Shown: positions 13,505-21,347 of the stretch, in pieces
How the letters are laid out: each line of letters opens with the position of its first letter
How positions within the stretch are numbered: the first letter of the stretch is position 1
From: a virus
Length of the DNA: 37,181 bases
Virus record (IMG/VR): IMGVR_UViG_3300009502_000014
Coordinates: 1 to 37,181 of that record
Strand: one strand, 5' to 3'
Notes under the pieces: model-generated
Told to the model about the DNA's origin: nothing
The model's input: only the letters and a program-made list of their open reading frames with translations
Databases searched by the model: none
Made by a program: the position numbers and the translations under genes

Positions 13505-13547
13505 AGCTTCACTAGCAATCAAGCTAGAAACTCAATACAGGTGAAAT

Positions 13548-14102
13548 ATGCAAGAGTTAGCAAAAGCGTTAGTCAAAGCACAAGGTTCAATGAACCACGC
13601 TGCCAAAGATAGTAAAAACCCCCATTTCAAATCGTCATACTCTAGCTTGGTTTCCGTCATTGATGCAATCAGACCGCATCTTGCCGGAAACGGTTTGGCA
13701 TTTGTGCAAAAAACACACGATGCAGAAGGGGGTGTCTGTGTAGAAACAATGTTGATCCATGAATCAGGGCAGGAATTATCGTTTGGTCGTTTATTTGTAC
13801 CTGCGACAAAACAAGACGCTCAAGGATATGGTTCGGCATTGAGTTATGCAAAACGTTATTCGTTACAAGCTGGTTTGGGTATTGCTTCAGAAGATGACGA
13901 TGGCAATGCCGCAGTCAAATCTGCGCCTGTCAAACTGGTTTTTGATAGTGACAAAGCTATTGATGAAATGAACAGTAAAAAAACGTTACCAGAGTTGCAA
14001 GAATCTTTCGCAAAATGGTACAAAATCGCAAATGTTGAACAACGTGCATCGTTGCAAGCGTTTTACGAAGGCATGAAAGAAGCATTACAGGAGAAAAAAT
14101 AA
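13548..14102 (+). CDS. erf: ERF-family single-strand annealing protein
   Basis: 184 aa. KNPHFKSSYSSLVSVIDAIRPHLAGNGL...GSALSYAKRYSLQAGLGI matches the ERF pattern. Confidence 0.8.
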   Translation: MQELAKALVKAQGSMNHAAKDSKNPHFKSSYSSLVSVIDAIRPHLAGNGLAFVQKTHDAEGGVCVETMLIHESGQELSFGRLFVPATKQDAQGYGSALSYAKRYSLQAGLGIASEDDDGNAAVKSAPVKLVFDSDKAIDEMNSKKTLPELQESFAKWYKIANVEQRASLQAFYEGMKEALQEKK

Positions 14103-14506
14103 TGGCTAATGATTTGAACCGTTGTGAATTTATAGGACGTTTGGGCAAAGACCCTGACTTACGTTTTGCACCGTCTGGCGGTGCTGTAACTAATTTTTCG
14201 ATTGCTGTCGGATATAAAAGCAAAGAAAAAGAAACGACAGAATGGGTGCGTGTGACCGCATTTGGAAAGTTGGCAGAGATATGTGGGGAGTATCTTAAAA
14301 AAGGCTCACAGGTCTATTTAGCGGGTCGTATGACCACTCGCAAATGGCAGAAAGATGGTGTAGATCAATACACCACAGAAGTTGTTGCCGAACAGATGCA
14401 AATGCTTGGCGGCAAAACCGAGCAAGATCACAGTAAACCGATTTATAGCGGCATGAAACCCAAAGCAGAGTCCTTGGCAGATATGTCAGATGATGTCCCT
14501 TTTTAA
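14102..14506 (+). CDS. ssb: Single-stranded DNA-binding protein
   Basis: 134 aa. The OB-fold N-terminus is NRCEFIGRLGKDPDLRF...EWVRVTAFGKLAE and the acidic C-terminal tip is DMSDDVPF. Confidence 0.9.
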   Translation: MANDLNRCEFIGRLGKDPDLRFAPSGGAVTNFSIAVGYKSKEKETTEWVRVTAFGKLAEICGEYLKKGSQVYLAGRMTTRKWQKDGVDQYTTEVVAEQMQMLGGKTEQDHSKPIYSGMKPKAESLADMSDDVPF

Positions 14507-14531
14507 CGAGCATATTAAATAAAGGTGAAAT

Positions 14532-14726
14532 ATGAAAATTAGCCCACCAGAATTTCCAACTTGGATAATTGATGATTTAATGGCGCATGGTATGAGTTTG
14601 CGGGATTATTTTGCAATATCAGTATTACACGTTCTTATTGCCAATGAACATTCAGATTCTTGGATTGAGGATTGCAAAGATGCTTATGCAATTGCTGATA
14701 ATATGTTAATAGTGAGGGAACAATGA
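14532..14726 (+). CDS. Hypothetical protein
   Basis: 64-aa track ORF with an AAAGGTGA SD. Confidence 0.5.
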   Translation: MKISPPEFPTWIIDDLMAHGMSLRDYFAISVLHVLIANEHSDSWIEDCKDAYAIADNMLIVREQ

Positions 14727-15439
14727 GCGAACATTGGTACGATAAAGACGGCAAACCAGCCTACACAATTATTGGTGCAAATGGCAAAGAGCGGAATACA
14801 ACGGTGCGTGATGCGCGAAAGCATGGCTACGTTCCGTCAGTCACGACAATTTTGGGTTTGTTACATAAGCCTGGATTAGAAACGTGGAAGTTGCAAAATA
14901 TGCTTTTAGCTGCGCTGACTTTGCCAAAACAAGATGGCGAATCAGAAACAGACTGGATCGAGCGTGTTATGCAAGATTCCAAAGCGACCGGAAAGGAAGC
15001 AATGGAACGTGGCTCACGGATGCACGATGTGTTAGAACAATTTTACAAAAGCAACGGGTCATCGATCTGGCCTTTGTATTGTATTGAAATTGACCGAATG
15101 TTATATGAACACTTTGGAAAACAAAACTGGATCCCAGAAAAATCGTTTTCCGATCCGATGGGATTTGGTGGAAAAGTCGATTTGCATTGTGATGGTATTG
15201 TGATTGACTTTAAAAGCAAAGAGGGCAGTTTGGAATCTGTCAAAGCCTATGATGAACAAATCATGCAATTGGCAGCATATCGTGTCGGATTAGATATGCC
15301 CAAAGCCCGATGCGCAAATGTTTATTTTACAGAACAAGGTGATGTAAAAATCATTGAACATTCAGAAGAAGATATTCAAAGTGCATTTGATTGCTTTGAC
15401 CATCTTTTACAATTTTTCAATATAACTAAAGGTTTATGA
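14723..15439 (+). CDS. PD-(D/E)XK (RecB/Cas4-like) nuclease
   Basis: 238 aa. GSRMHD, GGKVDL...VIDFKSK (D...DxK) and QLAAY (QxxxY) are present. It lies next to erf and ssb. Confidence 0.6.
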   Translation: MSEHWYDKDGKPAYTIIGANGKERNTTVRDARKHGYVPSVTTILGLLHKPGLETWKLQNMLLAALTLPKQDGESETDWIERVMQDSKATGKEAMERGSRMHDVLEQFYKSNGSSIWPLYCIEIDRMLYEHFGKQNWIPEKSFSDPMGFGGKVDLHCDGIVIDFKSKEGSLESVKAYDEQIMQLAAYRVGLDMPKARCANVYFTEQGDVKIIEHSEEDIQSAFDCFDHLLQFFNITKGL

Positions 15440-15517
15440 TTTCTGCGCCGAACGGGATGTCCCAACTCCTTGTTCCCTAGTAGGCGCACCCTTTTTACAA
15501 CAATTTGTTAAGTTAGC

Positions 15518-15546
15518 TTGCATAACACTTTAAGAGCGCTTAATAT
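15518..15546 (+). promoter_or_regulatory. Sigma70-type promoter TTGCAT-17 nt-TAATAT with embedded palindrome TTAAG-AGCG-CTTAA
   Basis: Read directly. The palindrome is at 15530-15543. The upstream 17-mer at 15506-15522 is 16/17 identical to 13464-13480. Confidence 0.65.
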
Positions 15547-15576
15547 ATGTATGTTATTTAACAATAAAGGTGCAAC

Positions 15577-15651
15577 ATGAAAGATTTTTTATTGGCTTGT
15601 TTGGGCTGGATGATTATTTTTTCACCCTTAATTATATGGTGGATCAAATGA
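15577..15651 (+). CDS. Unlisted 24-aa hydrophobic peptide (MKDFLLACLGWMIIFSPLIIWWIK)
   Basis: Translated nucleotide by nucleotide. An AAAGGTG SD lies 4 nt upstream. Its stop overlaps the next ATG as ATGA. Confidence 0.4.
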   Translation: MKDFLLACLGWMIIFSPLIIWWIK

Positions 15652-15800
15652 AACACAAACACTACAAATTGATTGTTGCGTGGGCCGAGGGTTTGATTAT
15701 TGAGCGCAAAGACGAATTCAATGATTGGGAAGAAATTGAAAATCCAGTCTGGAATCTTGATACTGAATATCGTGTTAAACCACAGGATGAAACAACATGA
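15648..15800 (+). CDS. 50-aa acidic protein (MKHKHYKLIVAWAEGLIIERK...EYRVKPQDETT), paralog of the 5' end of the 11246-11733 gene
   Basis: I prefer ATG 15648 to the track's GTG 15570. There is a GGTGGA SD, ATGA coupling, and the paralog starts with the same MKHKH. Confidence 0.55.
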   Translation: MKHKHYKLIVAWAEGLIIERKDEFNDWEEIENPVWNLDTEYRVKPQDETT

Positions 15801-16048
15801 CTCAGCAAGAATTGATTATTAAATGCCTCAAGAGGGGCTGGAAATCGCCCTTAGACGCATTGCGTGAAGCAGGTACGATGAAACTATCAACCCGTGTTGG
15901 CGAATTGCGTAAAGCAGGTTGTGTGATTTTAGACAAGTGGCATCCCAGCCGCGCCTATAAACTTTATAAAATGGTGAAAAATGCAAAACCCATCGTTGTT
16001 AGACCCAAAATTCAAGTATGTGCCAGCAAATCAAACAAACATAGCTGA
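15797..16048 (+). CDS. Winged-helix / HTH_39-like DNA-binding protein
   Basis: 83 aa. LIIKCLKRGWKSPLDALREAGTMKLSTRVGELRKAGCVI matches the pattern I associate with PF14090. It is the last gene of the rightward unit. Confidence 0.6.
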   Translation: MTQQELIIKCLKRGWKSPLDALREAGTMKLSTRVGELRKAGCVILDKWHPSRAYKLYKMVKNAKPIVVRPKIQVCASKSNKHS

Positions 16049-16097
16049 AACATTTAAAAGGTTTGGATTTGTACCGCCAAGCCAACAAAAAAAATAA

Positions 16098-16250
16098 TTA
16101 TTTAGGCGCAGGGGGATGCGCCTTATTTATTGGTTCTTGTTCGTGTTTGTGTAATTCACGTTCCAATTCTTTGACGTGATCTTTAATAACTTCGTAATCA
16201 CCTTTTTGAGTTCCTTTTCGTTCATCTTTAACCGTAAATTTAGTTGCCAT
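16098..16250 (-). CDS. Possible 50-aa hydrophilic ORF after the endolysin gene (MATKFTVKDERKGTQKGDYEVIKDHVKELERELHKHEQEPINKAHPPAPK)
   Basis: The ATG immediately follows the endolysin TAA. The ORF reads through the terminator hairpin. No TM segment or lipobox. Confidence 0.3.
   Translation of the reverse strand: MATKFTVKDERKGTQKGDYEVIKDHVKELERELHKHEQEPINKAHPPAPK
16104..16123. terminator. Bidirectional intrinsic terminator between the convergent units
   Basis: AGGCGCA-GGGGGA-TGCGCCT, a 7-bp stem. It has an A8 tract upstream and TATTTATT downstream on the plus strand. Confidence 0.7.
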
Positions 16251-16763
16251 TTAGTTCACCATTTTAAGTGCTGTGGTTTTAACTTCTTCTACACGATTTA
16301 ACCAACCTTTGCCAAATTCTGAAAAAGTCGGTAATGATTTATAAAATCTGACTTTTTCATCTGAAAACTTAAAAATCACAACTTCAACAGGAAAGGTTGA
16401 AACTGCGCCAAGTGTATTTTTGCCTATCTGTCCATCCATCGTTGCATCAACACAACTTTGCAAAGTCTTAAGAGAGCGACCAACTCCAGAATTAACAGCA
16501 AAGTCAAATACAAGATAGTCCAAACCGTTTGGCAACAGGTCGCAACTACACGCATCCCAATACTTCCTTTTGTATAGCGGGGTTACATCCTCAATAGACA
16601 AGTTGCGCATTTCTTTTTCGTTTGATGCGCGGCCTACCCATGATTCCCAAACGGATTGCGTCACCCCTAAATTGGTTCTGCCACCTGGGTCTTTTGGATC
16701 GTCACTATATCCGCCTTCTGATTGAAGGACTAAGTTTAACGATTTTTGCCAGTTGTCGATCAT
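16251..16763 (-). CDS. Endolysin, GH108 N-terminal domain plus PG_binding_3-like C-terminus
   Basis: 170 aa. LQSEGGYSDDPKDPGGRTNLGVTQ is the EGGY motif, and DFAVNSGVGRSLKTLQ...DGQIGKNTLGAV follows. Confidence 0.85.
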   Translation of the reverse strand: MIDNWQKSLNLVLQSEGGYSDDPKDPGGRTNLGVTQSVWESWVGRASNEKEMRNLSIEDVTPLYKRKYWDACSCDLLPNGLDYLVFDFAVNSGVGRSLKTLQSCVDATMDGQIGKNTLGAVSTFPVEVVIFKFSDEKVRFYKSLPTFSEFGKGWLNRVEEVKTTALKMVN

Positions 16764-17161
16764 TTACTAGCAACCCCGTTTTTCTTATCAAATGATCGCA
16801 TTCCGGCGAGGCCAAGCATACCCATGAGAACCTGCATCGTGATTGTGGTATCGATGATGGGGAAGTTGCCCGTGTAGCCAACCATCGTTGCAATAAACCT
16901 TGCGATCGGCTCGACGATAGCCACATAACCCAACCCAAGTCCGCATACCCAACCCACAAAAGGCCGCCAGCCCGATACAAACACGGACGTGCTTGCCGCC
17001 TCGACTTTGTTGATATCCAGTTGTTCGGTAATCTGCGCCAGCTCACCCGACATTTGCATCTTGGTCAATTCAAGGTTCGCCGCCGCCGCTTGAGCAGGAT
17101 CGGGAAACAGACGAGTAATTAGTTGCGAACCGACGGTCACGATTGCGGTGATTGGATCCAT
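16760..17161 (-). CDS. Holin (3-TM, GTA_holin_3TM-like)
   Basis: 133 aa. VEAASTSVFVSGWRPFVGWVCGLGLGYV plus two further hydrophobic helices. 4-nt overlap with the endolysin gene. Confidence 0.6.
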   Translation of the reverse strand: MDPITAIVTVGSQLITRLFPDPAQAAAANLELTKMQMSGELAQITEQLDINKVEAASTSVFVSGWRPFVGWVCGLGLGYVAIVEPIARFIATMVGYTGNFPIIDTTITMQVLMGMLGLAGMRSFDKKNGVASK

Positions 17162-17394
17162 TATTTATCCTGTTTGGTATCTAATTTATCAAGAATCTTA
17201 TTGAGCATTTCTTTCATTTCAGTGGCAAAATCTTTGAAATCATCACGCCTTACAAATTCAGTGTGCATTTTTTCTTGAAACTCTTTGATATATTTTTTTG
17301 ATTCTTCGGTAGCATCCCAAATCACTTTTACCAGCCAAACGACTAAGCCAAGTAATATTCCAAACACCGTGTTAAATGCCGCTTGATAGTCCAT
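17161..17394 (-). CDS. Small N-terminal-TM protein with a charged helical tail (lysis accessory, antiholin or spanin-like?)
   Basis: 77 aa. FGILLGLVVWLVKVIW is the TM segment, followed by a K/E/D-rich helix. It lies directly upstream of the holin gene. Confidence 0.45.
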   Translation of the reverse strand: MDYQAAFNTVFGILLGLVVWLVKVIWDATEESKKYIKEFQEKMHTEFVRRDDFKDFATEMKEMLNKILDKLDTKQDK

Positions 17395-20045
17395 TACTTT
17401 TTCCCAATGTCGCTTAACTTAGTTTGACCTGATCTTGCATTTTGTTGCATACGTTGACGTTCTAAATCAGCCGCTTTTTGTTGCGATTTTAATATATTTT
17501 TTTCTGCATTAAATTCATTCAATGATTTAATACCACCACCGATAACTGGTAATCTTTCAGCGGCTCCTTTTACGGTTGCTCTGGCAGCACCACCTAATCG
17601 AGCAGAAATACTTTGTAACCGTTCGGCTTGCAAGGCCGCACCTTCATATCCATGCTTGCCGGGCATAATTTGCCCACCGTAATTTAACGTGTGAAAGTTA
17701 GCTACTTCTTGAGGATCAAACGCATATTCAATTTTTTTCGCTCTTGCGTTCATTGTTTTGTTTGCCGCTTGATGTGACCAAACACCCGCATTTTTTGCAC
17801 CATCTTCGTAAATTTCCCGCGCAATTGATCCTTTCATTTCAGCCAATACGGATGATGCCGCTTGTTGTAACTCCGGTGGTACTGCTAATTCAAACCCTTC
17901 ACCGCGAATTGTTCCGCGCTCAAGCATTTCAGCCGTATTGTAAATATGCCTCCATTGGTCAAATGGCATACTATTTAACGTTTGCATAATCTTTTCAAAC
18001 GGAACGGCAGTTTGTACGCCGTTGGGGTCAATATCGCCAAACACTTTTTTAATGCCTGGTGATTCAAACAATACTTTTTCAGCACTATGCAAAGAATCAG
18101 CACGTTTTAACAAATCCCCACCACCCGCAGCCGCAATATCTTGATCAATGGCACGGTTAATGACTTTAATTACGCCAGCGTTATCTTTTGTCCAGTTGGC
18201 ATTTAAAGACTTTCTAACGGCATCCCATGCGCCAATGCTATTGGGTGCATAAACGTTTCCATGTTCGTCTTTGAACCCAACCGTTCGAGCCAATTCAATC
18301 AATTGACCTGCACTATTGGCTACGTTTTCATTTCCTTTTAATCCCAAACCAGCTTTAAATTGAGGATCATTCAATATTTTATTGACGTTTTCTGTCTGAA
18401 TAGGATTGTCACCCACTTGGTTTCTGGCTTCTTCATATAATTTGTTTTTTTCTTGATTGATAAATCCTGACAAACTATTATCTTTTCCGGCAAATGTTTC
18501 ATTAACCCGTTCACCACGTTCGTAATCATTTTTTAATACTGGATCTGCGCCCGTTGCTTCAATGCGTTGTTGCGCATAATTAGATAAGGCTCGTTGTTCT
18601 TCCGCCAATTGATCTTTCATCAACTGACCTTGTGGAGTGTCGGAAGATTTTTCAGCTAACAAGACCTCGTTGCGCAACGTATTTTCATTGCCCGTCATCA
18701 CACCTGTTCTAACTTTGTCGCTATTTAATATTTCTTGAGCAATCTGCGCTCTGGTTTGTTGTTCATTTAACGGCACATCACTTGATCCATTAGATAGTTT
18801 CACAACTGGGAAATCCCCACCTCTTGCAAGTTCCTGATTAACAAACGGCTCATAAGGATTTCCTTCTGCTTTTGCCGCACCAACTCCTTTTAATTCTTTG
18901 AATTGTTCGTCTAACGTTGGTTTTTGAGTCGAATCAAATACAGGTTCTCTACTTCTATCTATTGGCAATTCATTTTTAGCGGCAAATTGTTCTTGTAGCG
19001 TTTTACCTACACTTTTACCGACTTCACCTACTTTTCCACCAGCAGCCACCAAACCAGTATTAGCCATCCATTCAAAAGTAGCAGGGTCTATTTTTTGCCC
19101 TGTCTCTTTATAAAATTTATCAGATAATGCTTGTGAACCTTCTCCAATATTTTCACCAATAAATTTCATAATCCGGCTAGTGGCTTCGCCTTGCACCATT
19201 TTATCGTTTTGATCTACTCCAAACGCTTTTCCAAATGGCCTAGAAACCGCCTCAGTTGCTTTGTTTGCAATGTCTTTGGCAAAGTCTTTGTTTACCTCAA
19301 AACCCGCTAAACGAGCCGCTTCCTCACCTAGCTTGGCAACAGGATATGTAACAAGATTGACAGTCGTTGGAATAACCGCACCAACGGTATTATCCAATGC
19401 TGATACAGTTGATTTACCCAATTCACCAGCTAATTCGCCAAACGTTCTATCTTTTAATGGTTCACTAGTTTTTTGTGCTTCATTTCTTATTTGATTTTCT
19501 TCGCTTGCCGCTTTTGCTCGAGCCGAAAACGTAGATAAATCTTGGGGCGCAAAATCTTTTTTGGATTCTGGCGTAAAAGGTTTTGATTTTTGACCCGTTG
19601 TTGCACCAATCGTAGAGCCAGGCAATCCAGCCCAATGCTTACCCGCGAGTTGTATTGCTTTTTCTGTATCGCCGTTTTTAATTGCGTCTAATGCGCCACT
19701 TTCATCTAATAAACCAATGGCCGCTAATTTTTGATTTTCTTCTGAAAAATCTTTTAAATTTTGTTTTTTCTTTTGATCTTCCCAAGTTGATTTAATAATT
19801 TGATATTTACCCGCTGCGGTTGACGTTGCGCTACCCGAATTAAATTTAACGGAAATATTAGGATGATCGGATAAATCTTTAAATTGTTGATACCCTACTG
19901 TTTCATTTTCAGCCGGGTATCCTTCGTGCTTGTTAATGCCAGATAAAAAACCTTGAACGTTTTCATCTTTTAGATAACGTTCATAATCTTTGGGCGCATC
20001 TGTTTCATCGCCTATTGCTTGCATAGCACGATCTGAAAAAGCCAT
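17394..20045 (-). CDS. Internal virion / ejection protein with an N-terminal lambda-type (GH104) lytic transglycosylase domain
   Basis: 883 aa. NKHEGY, FKDLSDHP and STAAGKYQIIKSTW...LKDFSEENQ...ESGALDAI..GD...AI...HWAGLPG align by eye with lambda R WSEGT, FTDYSDHP and STGAGRYQLLSRWW...LKDFSPKSQ...ERGALPMI..GD...AI...IWASLPG. Confidence 0.8.
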   Translation of the reverse strand: MAFSDRAMQAIGDETDAPKDYERYLKDENVQGFLSGINKHEGYPAENETVGYQQFKDLSDHPNISVKFNSGSATSTAAGKYQIIKSTWEDQKKKQNLKDFSEENQKLAAIGLLDESGALDAIKNGDTEKAIQLAGKHWAGLPGSTIGATTGQKSKPFTPESKKDFAPQDLSTFSARAKAASEENQIRNEAQKTSEPLKDRTFGELAGELGKSTVSALDNTVGAVIPTTVNLVTYPVAKLGEEAARLAGFEVNKDFAKDIANKATEAVSRPFGKAFGVDQNDKMVQGEATSRIMKFIGENIGEGSQALSDKFYKETGQKIDPATFEWMANTGLVAAGGKVGEVGKSVGKTLQEQFAAKNELPIDRSREPVFDSTQKPTLDEQFKELKGVGAAKAEGNPYEPFVNQELARGGDFPVVKLSNGSSDVPLNEQQTRAQIAQEILNSDKVRTGVMTGNENTLRNEVLLAEKSSDTPQGQLMKDQLAEEQRALSNYAQQRIEATGADPVLKNDYERGERVNETFAGKDNSLSGFINQEKNKLYEEARNQVGDNPIQTENVNKILNDPQFKAGLGLKGNENVANSAGQLIELARTVGFKDEHGNVYAPNSIGAWDAVRKSLNANWTKDNAGVIKVINRAIDQDIAAAGGGDLLKRADSLHSAEKVLFESPGIKKVFGDIDPNGVQTAVPFEKIMQTLNSMPFDQWRHIYNTAEMLERGTIRGEGFELAVPPELQQAASSVLAEMKGSIAREIYEDGAKNAGVWSHQAANKTMNARAKKIEYAFDPQEVANFHTLNYGGQIMPGKHGYEGAALQAERLQSISARLGGAARATVKGAAERLPVIGGGIKSLNEFNAEKNILKSQQKAADLERQRMQQNARSGQTKLSDIGKK

Positions 20046-21343
20046 TATAGTTTTCCTGAAATCAGGTTTTCGTATTCATCGCCTTTTTTCATAATTTTTT
20101 CACGTTCTTTAGGCGATAGATTTTTCATAAATTTAGCTAATTCGCCTTGTTTATCTGCTTCCAAAGCCAATATCACATCAGGGTCATACGCCTTATTCAT
20201 TTTGGTTAAATAATTTCTTTGCGCTTGAAAGTTGTTTCCATGCAATTTAGCCAAATTGTCAAAACCTTCGTTAAGATTTTGAGTATGCAACATAAGTGGT
20301 TTGACAGATAACAATGACCTTTTAATCGCTTCTGGTGTTGCATCAGGGTCTGCTAATGTATGTTGAGCATTGGTAAGTGCCGCAACCGTTCCCCCGCTTG
20401 GCATCATTTGTTGCAGATAAGATGACGCACCCGCTAAATCTTTTATCAATACTGCTCGAGCCGTTGCAGCATCTTGCCCAATTCCAAAAAGACCGCCTGA
20501 ATACGAATTAAATTTAGCAGCTGTCCCACCCAACTTACCTTGTATCATTTCATCAGCAGCTTTGACTGCTTCGTCAATTCTTTGTAATCCAGGACCAACA
20601 CTTTGTGCCGCTTTTGCGGTATTTGTGCGAGTTTCTTGCAATTGTGAAATAGTTGTTGGGGTTTCCGTTTCAGGAATTCGCATATTATTACTGGCTGGCA
20701 ACGGTTGTTGAATCAATTGACCCGTATTTAGATTCTTCACAGTTGTAGTAGGATTGCCTGACAAATCAGTACCTTGTACCGTTTGCTGACCCATAATGTT
20801 AGCCTGTTGTGTCGATCCCGGAATAAACATATTGCGAATCGTACCAACATGATTCATAACCGATGATGGATCACTTTGCGCCGCAGTAATTAAATGAGCA
20901 ATAATTGGTTCAACCTTATCGGCTGGCACACCGGAATCTATCAATCTTTGTCTTTGCAATGCTAATGTTTTAGTAATAGCTGTTTTATCTTTTCCCGCGC
21001 GAATGTCTGGGTCAACCGATAATGCTGATACGCCTTCGGTTGCCGCTTGATATTGTTTTTGATTTAAACCAAACTGTTTTTCTGTTGTGCCAATTTGCGC
21101 TTGTTTTGTCGCTTGCTTTGCTTGTTCTACGTATTCTGGGTTTCTTTTTCTTGCCAAATCAACTTCAAGCTGTTTTGCTTCTAATTCCAACGGATTGATT
21201 TGTTGTGACTGTTGATAAGCCTGTGCGTTACGAGCAATATTTAACATATCGCCCAAGCTGGTTTGCGCGGGTTGTTTTAGGTTGCCAATAATGCTGGCAT
21301 CAATAGGGTTTGAATTGGTAAACGCAGGTACAAAAGTTGCCAT
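20045..21343 (-). CDS. Putative internal virion / ejection protein
   Basis: 432 aa, Gln/Ala-rich and helical. Its position matches the P22 gp7/gp20/gp16 block. Confidence 0.5.
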   Translation of the reverse strand: MATFVPAFTNSNPIDASIIGNLKQPAQTSLGDMLNIARNAQAYQQSQQINPLELEAKQLEVDLARKRNPEYVEQAKQATKQAQIGTTEKQFGLNQKQYQAATEGVSALSVDPDIRAGKDKTAITKTLALQRQRLIDSGVPADKVEPIIAHLITAAQSDPSSVMNHVGTIRNMFIPGSTQQANIMGQQTVQGTDLSGNPTTTVKNLNTGQLIQQPLPASNNMRIPETETPTTISQLQETRTNTAKAAQSVGPGLQRIDEAVKAADEMIQGKLGGTAAKFNSYSGGLFGIGQDAATARAVLIKDLAGASSYLQQMMPSGGTVAALTNAQHTLADPDATPEAIKRSLLSVKPLMLHTQNLNEGFDNLAKLHGNNFQAQRNYLTKMNKAYDPDVILALEADKQGELAKFMKNLSPKEREKIMKKGDEYENLISGKL

Positions 21344-21347
21344 CTTA

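Noticed and set aside
15570-15800. The track's 76-aa GTG-start ORF.
   Set aside because: No SD before the GTG. The region is better explained as a 24-aa ORF (SD plus ATG 15577) that is ATGA-coupled to a 50-aa ORF starting MKHKH, like its paralog at 11733.
16705-17046. The 113-aa ORF embedded out of frame in the holin gene, considered as a possible embedded o-spanin.
   Set aside because: No signal peptide or lipobox (L-x-x-C). It is Arg/Trp-rich with junk-like composition.
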